From: a virus
Lineage: Duplodnaviria > Caudoviricetes
Direction: 5' to 3' (one strand)
IMG/VR virus record: IMGVR_UViG_3300037424_001651
Span: 11,548 to 75,547 of that record
DNA: 64,000 nt
Shown: positions 8,971 through 18,383 of the stretch, one piece after another
Layout: every line of letters starts with the position of its first letter
Position numbering within the stretch: the stretch's first letter is position 1
Program-made: the position numbers and the translations under genes
The notes under the pieces: generated by a model
The model's input: the letters and a program-made list of their open reading frames with translations, nothing else
Database searches by the model: none
Told to the model about the DNA's origin: nothing

Positions 8971-9615
8971 TTGATATGCCTGACGCGATAAACACGGCGA
9001 CAGCCAAAGATCAACTTGTGGGTGAGGCTGTGGAGCATGTGAAAAGGTATCGCAACAATCAAAGATGCGAAGGTGATCCTGAAACATGCGCGCCAAAATG
9101 GATGACGTGCCCCGTCGCTAAACTATGTCCGGCAGTTTTTCGTTGGCTGAACGAGGTCGACGACCGGACTCGCGAGAGGTAAGCGATGACCACCCGTCGC
9201 CCCAAGCGCCTCAGCGAGATCCTGCCCGACCCGGCCGACCGGGACGCGGTGGTGAAGTGGATACTCGACCAGGACGACTGTGAAAGAGAGCACCTGATGA
9301 GACGAAGACAAAAATTGGATGTGTGGAGCTTACCTGATCATGTTCTTGACGGATTGCTTATTCGCAAACTGTACGAGCTTGATGAACCTGGGTTGCTCGC
9401 ACTAGACAAAGAACTTCTCGAAGGCGATGTGAAGGCTACGCAACGCAGTTCACGAAACCACCGCTTGCACTCTACGACCGTGATAAGTGCCTCCAGATCC
9501 TCATGGACCGAGACGGCATGAGCTACGACGAGGCTGAGGAGTTCTTCAGCTTTAATTGCGAAGGTGCGTGGGTTGGTGAGAATACACCACTCATCGCGAA
9601 GCTGGGGGGCGCGGA

Positions 9616-10341
9616 TTGATGGATCGTAAAGATGAAGTACTGATCGGCATCCCGCCCGAGATGTTACTGGGTGTGCACGCCGTGTACCAGTTATACGGTG
9701 CTGTGGATCGTGAGATCGAGGAGATGCTCCAGGTCGTTTCGCCACGGATTGCGGCTTTCTGTGCACCTATGTGGACAGCCCTGCATGCCGTTGTGCGCAG
9801 TGTTGCGCTCGACCAGACGGAAGGCCGTGAGCAGTGGGAGTTTGCCTTCTATGTGCCCAAGCTGGAGATCACGCCCGATTTTCGGTGTTCGCTTCCGACC
9901 CGCTTGACAGTGGGTTGCCCTTCCGATCCGCTGGAGGAGCCGCGGCACGAGTCATTCGACGTATCGCCGGACGCGACGCTGGACTGGATCCTTGGTTGGC
10001 TTGGGCCGCGGCGTGCTGTCGCGGCTGCCGACCCGACGCTGCGTGCCAAGGATCAGATCGAGTGTGAGTTGTGGCTTGTCACATTTCCGATCCGTGACGA
10101 GCGCATCGATCTCACATGCCCGATCACGGTCAAGTTGCCCGATGATCGTGTCGAGGTTCTGGAATATCCAGCGGACACGGTACTGACGGTTGCATCCATC
10201 ATCAGCCGCGTGTACACCAAGCTCGTGATGAAGAAGTACCCGTGGCTCATGACGACTTTTGCTTCGGCGGGCATATTTCTGTCGACAACGGTGGGGCTGA
10301 TGACCAAAGTTTTGTATAGGAAGGCGCAGGCGCAAGGATGA
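9616..10341 (+). CDS. Hypothetical protein
   Basis: 241-aa ORF in the gene train. Confidence 0.55.
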   Translation: MMDRKDEVLIGIPPEMLLGVHAVYQLYGAVDREIEEMLQVVSPRIAAFCAPMWTALHAVVRSVALDQTEGREQWEFAFYVPKLEITPDFRCSLPTRLTVGCPSDPLEEPRHESFDVSPDATLDWILGWLGPRRAVAAADPTLRAKDQIECELWLVTFPIRDERIDLTCPITVKLPDDRVEVLEYPADTVLTVASIISRVYTKLVMKKYPWLMTTFASAGIFLSTTVGLMTKVLYRKAQAQG

Positions 10342-10871
10342 AGTTCAAGGAGCCAAGTGGCGGCGTGCAGGTTGCTGTGATGAACCTGATCAAGGATCAC
10401 GCCAAGACACCAGAAGAACTGAAGCGGGCGCTGGACCATGATCACCCGAATGCTGAGTGGACGTTCGATGATGTGCTCAAGTGCTTGTGCTTCTTGGAGC
10501 AACACAACCGAGTTCGTAGTACCAGACGCGAGAGCGGTGGTTACGAGTTCAAGAAGGAGGAATAATATGTCCGATCCTGCACAGACGATGGCGCACGCTG
10601 AGGCGATGGTGGGTCCGATCCGTGAATTGCTCAACGTCAACGGCTTGACGAACAGTCAGGCGTTGTTGGCACTGGCAGTCACCTTCGATTCGGTCCTATC
10701 TTCGACGCAGGGCGTGCAGACGTCGGTCGAGGTCAAAGATGCGATGCATGATACGCTGCGCAAGCTTTGTGAGGCGTCTTCGGTGAACGCCGTGCTGGAG
10801 GCGACGTCGAGCTTCATGGTCGACGCGACGCGTTCTGTCATCCTCGTGACCGAGCAGGCCCCTACGCAGTG

Positions 10872-11771
10872 ATGGCCGCTGTTAAAGCGACATCGCCCAA
10901 TCCTCCTCCTGTTCTGGAGGGTGTGGTCGTACGGTTCCGTTTCCGCAAACAGGAGACGGGCTGGGGCGTAGTCGAGCTGCGCGCCATCAATGGAAAACAC
11001 TACACCGTGACCGGCGTGTTTCCTTCAGTTCAGGAGGGTGACCGTATCGAGGTGCGCGGCGAGTGGGTGGCTACACAACGCTGGGGTACGGAGTTCAAGG
11101 CCAGGGAGTTCACGCTCAAATTCGGTGAGGAGGGGCTGTATCAGTTCCTTCGACGGCTTGAACAGATCGGTCCGAAGCGCGCACGTGCCATCATGGACCG
11201 TTTCGGCGACGCTGTGCTCGACGTGATCAAAGACACGCCCGAACGTTTGCTGGAGATTCCAGGGATCACCGCGGATCGTGTGTCGCTGGTACAAGCCACT
11301 TATGCCAAGCTGCAAGAAGAGCAGGAAGCGCTTTTGTTTTTGCAGAGCTTGAAGCTGTCTTCCAACCAGATCGATAGGCTTTTGCGTGTTCACACCGGAT
11401 CGAAGCTGCGTGCGGCTATCGAGGCCAATCCGTATCAGCTTGTCGGGCATGGTGGTATCACCTTCCGGTTGGCAGATGGTATGGCGCAGCGGCTCGGTCA
11501 TGCCCTGGATAGTCCTTATCGGATTCGCGCGGGTTGCTTGCACACCATTCGAGGCGTGCAGCGCCGCGGCCACTCGTATAGCGTGCGTGAGGACTTCGTC
11601 GCCGAGGTAAATTATTTATTGAACGTCGAGGCAGACAAGATCGAGAAACAACTGGATCCGCTCGCTGTCGACAGTTTGCTGATCTTGCAAGGTGATCGTG
11701 TATACGGGCCGCAGCTTTATCGAGCTGAGCAGGACGTCGCGTTCAACTTGCGTAGACTGCGCCGAGGGTAG
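10872..11771 (+). CDS. recD2: RecD2-like helicase, N-terminal part (OB-like domain, helix-hairpin-helix, helical domain)
   Basis: Typical RecD2 N-terminus (GW.V..L...G...V.GEW....RWG.EFKA, IGPKRA..I...FG, ANPY.L...GITF..AD..A..LG, SPYRI.AG), stopping just before the Walker A domain. Confidence 0.85.
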   Translation: MAAVKATSPNPPPVLEGVVVRFRFRKQETGWGVVELRAINGKHYTVTGVFPSVQEGDRIEVRGEWVATQRWGTEFKAREFTLKFGEEGLYQFLRRLEQIGPKRARAIMDRFGDAVLDVIKDTPERLLEIPGITADRVSLVQATYAKLQEEQEALLFLQSLKLSSNQIDRLLRVHTGSKLRAAIEANPYQLVGHGGITFRLADGMAQRLGHALDSPYRIRAGCLHTIRGVQRRGHSYSVREDFVAEVNYLLNVEADKIEKQLDPLAVDSLLILQGDRVYGPQLYRAEQDVAFNLRRLRRG

Positions 11772-11774
11772 CAG

Positions 11775-11978
11775 ATGCAGATAAAACGAGGGCGGCGGGC
11801 CTGGCGTTGCCGTCATCATGATCGCGATGAGTACGGCCGTGGGCTGTGCCATGATTGTTACACGCGGCAATGGCGGCACGACGATCCGGATGCGCCGCGC
11901 TGTACTGTGCACGCAGATCGCCCATCGCGTTCCCGAGGCTTATGCGGCGAGTGTCTGCAAGGGGAGTGGCACTGTTGA
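11775..11978 (+). CDS. Small Cys/His-rich duplicated Zn-finger-like protein between the two recD2 parts
   Basis: Two repeats C.H.DR....RGLC..C. Confidence 0.55.
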   Translation: MQIKRGRRAWRCRHHDRDEYGRGLCHDCYTRQWRHDDPDAPRCTVHADRPSRSRGLCGECLQGEWHC

Positions 11979-13216
11979 TCGACGTTCAATTCACTGCGGA
12001 GCAGCTACGCGCTGTTGAACTTGCGCTGTGCGAGCCTGTGAGCATCCTCACGGGCGGCCCGGGGACAGGGAAGACCACGGTCTGTCGTAAGATTGTGGAG
12101 GAGTTCCGAGCGGCGCGAAAGCGCGTGCTGTGCGCCGCGCCGACCGGGAAGGCGAGCCGACGGTTACAAGAACAGACAGGCTTCGCCTCTACCATTCACC
12201 GCTTGCTGGAATGGAGTCATCAGGAATCCGGGTTCACGCGCGACAACATGAATCCACTCCAGGCCGATGCAGTTATCGTGGATGAGGCGTCCATGATCGA
12301 CGTGGTGCTCATGGCATCGCTTCTGGACGCTATTGCGACTGGTACGCATCTTATCGTGGTGGGGGACGCAGATCAGTTACCCCCGGTGGGGCCAGGTAGT
12401 GTGCTGCGTGATATGATCGCCTCTGGGATCATCCCAGTCACCCGGCTGACGGTGGTGCAGCGTTTCAAGGAGTCCGAGCGGCTGAAGGTGAACGCGCACC
12501 GTATCGTAAAGGGCGACGCGCTTTACCTGGATCGCCACAACAACGACGACTTCTTTTTCATGGAGCGCGAGGACCTGCAGCAAGCTGCGGATACAATTGT
12601 GAACCTCGTGACGAAGATCATTCCACGTCGCCATCAGTTCGACCCGGTGAACGACGTGCAGGTGCTCTGCCCCATGAAAAAAGGCATCCTCGGGGTACAC
12701 AACCTCAACGAGTTGTTGCGCGAGCGCCTCAACCCCGAAGAGTATGGGATGCCGGTTGCGAAGGTGTCGACGTACAACGTCGACAAGGATGTTTCTACCA
12801 TCCGGACTTTTCGCATGGGCGACAAGGTCATGCAGATGCGCAACAACTACAAAATCGGTGTCTTTAACGGTGAGGTAGGTCGTATTACGGCCATCGACAC
12901 AGGAAAGCTGACTACGGTTACCTTCGACGAGCAAGACAAGTTCTATGACTTCCATGCACTCAAGGAGCTTCAGCTTTGTTACGCTTCGACGGTACACAAG
13001 AGCCAAGGCTCGGAGTATCCCTGTGTCATCCTCGTGATGCACAACACGCACTGGAACATGCTTTTCAGGGCGCTGCTCTATACCGGCGTCACACGCGCCA
13101 AGAAGGTGGTCTACATCGTGGGCAACAAGCGTGGCCTCTACCAAGCTCTGAGTAACGACAGGCCTGTGCTGCGCAGAACGAGCTTGACTGAACGACTTCT
13201 AGAGGGTGCGTCATGA
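11975..13216 (+). CDS. recD2: RecD2-like SF1B helicase, C-terminal motor part
   Basis: GGPGTGKTT, APTGKA, TIHRLL, VDEASM, VGDADQLPPVGPG, STVHKSQGSEY and LLYTGVTRA; probable TTG start after RBS GGGGAG. Confidence 0.92.
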   Translation: MIDVQFTAEQLRAVELALCEPVSILTGGPGTGKTTVCRKIVEEFRAARKRVLCAAPTGKASRRLQEQTGFASTIHRLLEWSHQESGFTRDNMNPLQADAVIVDEASMIDVVLMASLLDAIATGTHLIVVGDADQLPPVGPGSVLRDMIASGIIPVTRLTVVQRFKESERLKVNAHRIVKGDALYLDRHNNDDFFFMEREDLQQAADTIVNLVTKIIPRRHQFDPVNDVQVLCPMKKGILGVHNLNELLRERLNPEEYGMPVAKVSTYNVDKDVSTIRTFRMGDKVMQMRNNYKIGVFNGEVGRITAIDTGKLTTVTFDEQDKFYDFHALKELQLCYASTVHKSQGSEYPCVILVMHNTHWNMLFRALLYTGVTRAKKVVYIVGNKRGLYQALSNDRPVLRRTSLTERLLEGAS

Positions 13217-13689
13217 GGCAGGGTAAGGGCCAAGTGGTGCGGCGCATCACGGTCGAGTGGGAAGACGGCGACACTGAATACATCGAGGGCAATGATGCTG
13301 TGCGGTGGTGGTCGATCATCGACACTATCGTGCGGATGCACATAGCGGCGAACCCGAATACGCCGGAGCGCCGCAACTTCGGCGGTACATGGAAGAAGGT
13401 TGGCGATGGCGAAGACTAAGTCCACGAAGCGCCGCCACCGCCGCGTCCCGTTGCCACAATACCGGAACCGATCTCGTGCGCGCGGAGGTTTGCGTGATGG
13501 CGCATGTGAAAACAGGAGATCCTTTCATCGATGCCGTCTTCGACGGGATCGAAACTGAGGACATGGCGGACGCGGACGGGGAATATCCGCTGGTCTTCCA
13601 GTGTCCACAGTGCGGATGCTTGCCGTACGTCTATCGGTCTGCGCACCCCGAGAACGGCGTCGCGTGTCCACAGTGCGGAAGGAGCAGTG

Positions 13690-14309
13690 ATGCACTTCGA
13701 CATCGCTAAGCACACGATCTTCAAGACGGTGACTGGGAGCCACGCCTACGGGTTGGCCACGCCGGAGTCCGACACGGACTACCGCGGCGTATGCGTGCCG
13801 CCGCAGGTGTTGGTGCTCTCGCCGTTCAAGAACTTCGAGCAGTACGAGGGTGACCCCGCATCGGATGACGACACGGTCATCTACAGCATCCTGAAGTTCG
13901 TCAAGCTGGCGTCCGAGGCGAACCCATCGTTGCTGGAGCTTTTCTACATCGACGAGCGCCACTGGGTCCAGACCACGCCGTGGTGGGATACGCTGTACGA
14001 GCACCGAGATTGGTTTCTCTCGACGCGGGTCGTGCACGCGTTCAGCGGCTATGCAGCCGCGCAGTTAAAGCGGATGCGTAACCACGCCCGCTGGATAGAG
14101 AACCCGCCCACAGAGCCGAAGCCCGAGGACTTCAATCTGACGCACGCAATGCTGCTTGGCAAAGACGAGATCGGGGCCTACGACTGGCTCAACGAACAAG
14201 AGGTCGGGCACTTCCGGTCCGTGACGGTCATCTTACCTGTGGTGAGAAGCTAGAAGGAATCGATTTCCTTACACAGGAGATCATGCAGGACTTCTGGCGC
14301 AACCGCTAG
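13690..14309 (+). pseudogene. Pol-beta-superfamily nucleotidyltransferase, apparently internally deleted or frameshifted
   Basis: GSHAYGLATPESDTDYRGV motif; the ORF stops at 14253 and a C-terminal-like tail (..EGIDFLTQEIMQDFWRNR*) lies in another frame up to 14309. Confidence 0.6.
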
Positions 14310-14723
14310 TTGTCCCTGACCCTGCATCGGTTGTAGGTGTAGTGTGGTGCGCAGGAGGCGCGTGTGGCGATGTGGAAGTGGTGGCAGTGGAGCCGTGATC
14401 TAGGGTGGGTGGTAGGCGCTGTGTTCGTTTTGATCATAATTCTATGTCAATTAGCGTCTTGTCCGCGGTCCGCTGTAGGTGCAACACGAGAAAAGCTATC
14501 CAACGAAAACCATGCAGTTTACCGGGACTTCGCTGCTCGTTTCCTATGCAGCACTCGATATACACGCACCCAAAAACTTGACAACGTGGTTACAGTCGAG
14601 GAAATTAAGGGCACGGCATGTTCCGTCGTTAGCTACAAAGATTCACGAGCAAACTGCTTTCGCAACCTTTTTTGCGTGTGGTTGTGCTGGGCGACGAGCG
14701 GCCGAGACAGAGGAGGCGAAGTC

Positions 14724-16010
14724 ATGATGCGACGTATACCAATAGGTGGAGTGTGTGTAGTAGCCGTTTGTGTGTTGCTTGCCGGTTCCGCGGTGGCGCA
14801 AGAAGTTGATTCTGGAGTTGATCCTGAAACCGATCCAAAAGCGTGGGAGGAATACGAAGACGCAGCTAAACAAGCCGGTGCTGGTGAAACTGTTGCGATG
14901 CCTGGGGACGCCGGTTGGGGCAAACCGTGGAAGCAGATGTGTGCGTCCAATGATGATTGGTGTCCCAACATCGCGGATGGTGTGAATTCGGGTTTGCAGT
15001 GGTGTACATCACCAAAGTGTATGAACAACCATCGTAATGGGAGCTACGCGATTTATGTTGAGTGGAGCGCCTGGATCGAGGTGGATTGCGGGGCCGTAGA
15101 CGGATTTGGCCAACCGGGTTTTTGGCCCGCGCAGACGATGCGCACCGAATCTTTTGGTGACGTGTTCGGCATGACGAAGTCAGGAACGAAAGAATGCGGT
15201 TTGGCGAGTGTTGACCGTGAGCATGCGGCGCAGTTGAATATCAACGCCTGCGACCCGCGCGCAAATATATATGCAACTTGTTGGTATCGGAATAATCGCC
15301 TCATCGCTTTACGCGAGAAGATGCCAGAGGTGATAGTAGCTCCGTTGGAGGATCAATGGTTGATTGCTGGTGCAGGTGGGTCTGTAGGCTTGGGTAAGGT
15401 GATCTTGTTGCTTCAGCGTTCAAACGCTCTCGCGACGGATGTGAATGGGGACCTCAAGCATGATCATCCGTACGAGTACATGATTCGTTATCTGCAAACC
15501 TTACACGCGAAGTGGAACAACGCACAGAAGGTCAACAAGCTCACGAAGTCCATGGGCATTAATGGCGCGCTGGGTCAGCTTGGTTATACGGAGAAGCAGT
15601 GGGGGTACCTCAAGAAGTTCTTGGATCTGTACAAGAAGCAAGGCGAGTGGTCCTCGATCTTCGGCTTTCGCCCGGGCCGTACCGCATTTCGGATCGCGCG
15701 GCCGGGCCGCGTTGCGGAAATCGTTGCGCCACTTTATTACGGGACTATTCCGTGGGGGGAGCCGAAATTACCGGAACGTCCGAAGGGCATCACGGAGTAT
15801 CCTGGGGACAAGTTGCATTGTGCATGCGGCAACTGGCCTGAATTAAAGACCAAGAAGCCGAGTGCCGCACAGACGCAGGCAGTGGCGGCTGTATTGCCTG
15901 CTGCGGCTGTTCCATTTGATCCGGCGGCGCTTATATGCGAGACAAAGAAGAATACCCTCGTTTGCGCGCATCCGAAGCTGCCCACTGGGACGTATCCAGG
16001 CGGAGGTTGA
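14724..16010 (+). CDS. Secreted SLT/lysozyme-like (lytic transglycosylase-like) protein
   Basis: Signal-peptide-like N-terminus (..VCVLLAGSAVA-QE); TES..(ECGL)..DPRANIYA SLT-like motif set; RBS AGGAGG. Confidence 0.55.
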   Translation: MMRRIPIGGVCVVAVCVLLAGSAVAQEVDSGVDPETDPKAWEEYEDAAKQAGAGETVAMPGDAGWGKPWKQMCASNDDWCPNIADGVNSGLQWCTSPKCMNNHRNGSYAIYVEWSAWIEVDCGAVDGFGQPGFWPAQTMRTESFGDVFGMTKSGTKECGLASVDREHAAQLNINACDPRANIYATCWYRNNRLIALREKMPEVIVAPLEDQWLIAGAGGSVGLGKVILLLQRSNALATDVNGDLKHDHPYEYMIRYLQTLHAKWNNAQKVNKLTKSMGINGALGQLGYTEKQWGYLKKFLDLYKKQGEWSSIFGFRPGRTAFRIARPGRVAEIVAPLYYGTIPWGEPKLPERPKGITEYPGDKLHCACGNWPELKTKKPSAAQTQAVAAVLPAAAVPFDPAALICETKKNTLVCAHPKLPTGTYPGGG

Positions 16011-16012
16011 TC

Positions 16013-16501
16013 ATGTGGTCTTTTCTTCCAGGTACGCTCAAGGAACGTATTCTGTACATTGTGATTGTCTTGTTGCTGGTCACAGTGATCGTTCTGGCGA
16101 TGTCCGGGCGTGCGCAATCTGCGGATAGTCCACATCAGGTGCTGAATCTGGAGGTGTGTTTGTCGAACCTCGAAACAGCCGACATGATGAAGGATCATTA
16201 CCGAAACGAGTTGAAACAAGAGCGTAAGTTGTACAAGACGGCGCTCCAGTCACGTGAAGCTCTTTGGCAAGGGAAGTACAAACGGGTCAATCAGGAGAAA
16301 GCAGGCATCACGTGTTGGGCGGAGAATGTAGCACTGAAGCAACAGATCGAAGACGAGAAGAATTTTTATCATTGGAGTCTCAAGTTCGGTGGCTACATCA
16401 AGGAGAAGACGCCGCGTGAGATCAAGCAGCACGAAAAGAAGGTGCAAGCTTACGTGGACAGTTTGGATTCAGAGGAGCTTGCGAAGCTTGAAGATGACTG
16501 A
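16013..16501 (+). CDS. Membrane-anchored coiled-coil protein
   Basis: N-terminal hydrophobic helix ILYIVIVLLLVTVIVLAM followed by a charged helical region. Confidence 0.55.
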   Translation: MWSFLPGTLKERILYIVIVLLLVTVIVLAMSGRAQSADSPHQVLNLEVCLSNLETADMMKDHYRNELKQERKLYKTALQSREALWQGKYKRVNQEKAGITCWAENVALKQQIEDEKNFYHWSLKFGGYIKEKTPREIKQHEKKVQAYVDSLDSEELAKLEDD

Positions 16502-16710
16502 GGTGTGCGGCGGCAGACGAGGATACATTGAAGACGCGCGAGGTGGTCGTTTCGGGCAACTTAAACGTACTGCGTGTCCTACTGGGTTGTGTGCCACGTA
16601 CACCGTCGATGTCGAGATTTACGACTGGCCCGAAATTTGACTTTCGGTAGCCTGGTCTGCTACAACAGTGATCGACACGGGCGACCATCCGCCTGAAAAC
16701 CAACCACGCA

Positions 16711-16737
16711 GCCCCGCTCGGCGAAAGCTGACGGGGC
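16711..16737. other. GC-rich hairpin with GAAA tetraloop between convergent genes
   Basis: GCCCCG-C-TCGGC-GAAA-GCTGA-CGGGGC. Confidence 0.6.
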
Positions 16738-16753
16738 ACACGTATTTCTGGGG

Positions 16754-18043
16754 TTAGAGCTTTTTCGGATCTACTAGAAGTTGGACCTTGTTGGTTGACC
16801 GTGCTTCGTCCCCGACCTTACTGGCCTGAATCTTCGATATGATCTCTTCGCTATCGAGCTGCTCCACGGCAGCGTGTGCGTACTTGACGTCGACGGAGCG
16901 TTTCACAATTTCGCGGAAGGGGACAAGGTCACCTCGTTTGTATTCTGATTCCTTCAACCATGCTTTGATCCGTTGCGCGGCTCGGACGAAGTCTGAGTCG
17001 CTCATCATCTGGATGAGGTACTCTTCGATGACGTCGATGCAGCGATAGGTCATGGGTGCGACCCGGTCCGTCACGAGGCTGCTGTAGACTGTGCGATGCT
17101 GCATCGAGGCTGCGTATAGCGCTGCAATCTTGTGAGCGTGTGTGGCGTTGCGCTCGATAAGGGATCCGTAACTACGGTCGACTTCATTGCCGCGTTTCTC
17201 TACCCATAAGGAGAGTTCAGCCAGCGCGTCGTCTGCTTCCTTCGAGGCGTGTAGCACACGTTGGGCTGCTGACCACTTCGCGATCTGGAGCAGCCCATCC
17301 TGTAGCCTGTTGAGGTCGTCTGGGTAGTATCGCGGGCGGCGCATCCACTTCTTCCGGTCCCCGGCCACGAAGAACATCCTCGACAAAAAGCCCGACCGGA
17401 AGTCCAAGTCCCTCAGATGTCGGTCGAGCAGGTCAAGGGCGGCTCCCCCGATCATGTTGATGCGAGGATCCTCGATCTTCTCGTCGCCCTTGCCGCGGGT
17501 CACGCGCCCGCTCGTCTCGCCGTCGAACAAATCCATCAACTGCGTCTTCATTGACCGCGCGTACTTCTGGTCAAGCTGGGCAAGAAACGACGGAAATTCC
17601 GGGATCACCATGATGCACTGCGGCTGCTGCGCAATCTTGCTGTAGATTGCCTCCGGCGACCCCGACCATGGAACGAGGAAGTAGGAGAAGTTCCGAGCCA
17701 AGACCTTCCGTACAAGGTTCACGGCCGTTGATTTCCGCTGCTTGGCGCTCGTCCCAGCCGTCAGTATCCACATATTGAGCGGAATGGGTGCGTCGTCTGG
17801 CGTGGGCTGGAAGACGCAGTTCGCGCCGACCACCGTGGCTAGGCAAGCCAAGCCCGAGGCGATATGGTAGATGGGCGGCGCGTCCGTGACCTCCAGCGCG
17901 TAATTCATGAAATCGCGCAGCCAACCTACCCCGGGGACCAGCTTGCGCCAGTCGTAGCCGTACGCTTCCGCGAGACAGCTATCGCATCGACAATCGTTAG
18001 GGTGATAATTCTTTCGCCGCCGACCCGACGCACGGCTTGTCAT
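16754..18043 (-). CDS. DUF3987 (YfjI-like) P-loop protein, replication-associated
   Basis: AP..YHIASGL..LA...G, N.W....G.SA..RKSTA, GSPEA..., LMDLFDG, P.INMIGG, SGFLSRM motifs. Confidence 0.8.
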   Translation of the reverse strand: MTSRASGRRRKNYHPNDCRCDSCLAEAYGYDWRKLVPGVGWLRDFMNYALEVTDAPPIYHIASGLACLATVVGANCVFQPTPDDAPIPLNMWILTAGTSAKQRKSTAVNLVRKVLARNFSYFLVPWSGSPEAIYSKIAQQPQCIMVIPEFPSFLAQLDQKYARSMKTQLMDLFDGETSGRVTRGKGDEKIEDPRINMIGGAALDLLDRHLRDLDFRSGFLSRMFFVAGDRKKWMRRPRYYPDDLNRLQDGLLQIAKWSAAQRVLHASKEADDALAELSLWVEKRGNEVDRSYGSLIERNATHAHKIAALYAASMQHRTVYSSLVTDRVAPMTYRCIDVIEEYLIQMMSDSDFVRAAQRIKAWLKESEYKRGDLVPFREIVKRSVDVKYAHAAVEQLDSEEIISKIQASKVGDEARSTNKVQLLVDPKKL

Positions 18044-18383
18044 GAACTTAGATCCTTGATGACATATAGTTTGGTCTGTTCTCCTTGCGTATTAGGCGGG
18101 TTACACCAGTTCTGATTTTCGCCACCGACCCCTCCGTTGAAACGATTTACCGTCATCAGAACTCCTTCTTTTGTGTAGGAAGTGAGAGACTTGATGCGCG
18201 ACTCCATCTTTGTTGTACAGAAGACGAGAGCCGCCGTTGTTTTCGTGTGCTAATTTGAAATCTTGTGTTGTTTTCGCAGGTTAGACAGGTTGCTGACCCG
18301 TTTTCGGGCGACGTGTAGCTTATTCTCGGGGGGCAGTTTCCCGAGCTGCGTTCAATAGCATTCATCTGTTCCAATCACCTGTC

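Noticed and set aside
11772-11978. Group I intron between the recD2 halves
   Set aside because: Only ~200 nt, fully occupied by an ORF, no recognisable P7/catalytic core, and the downstream half has its own RBS.
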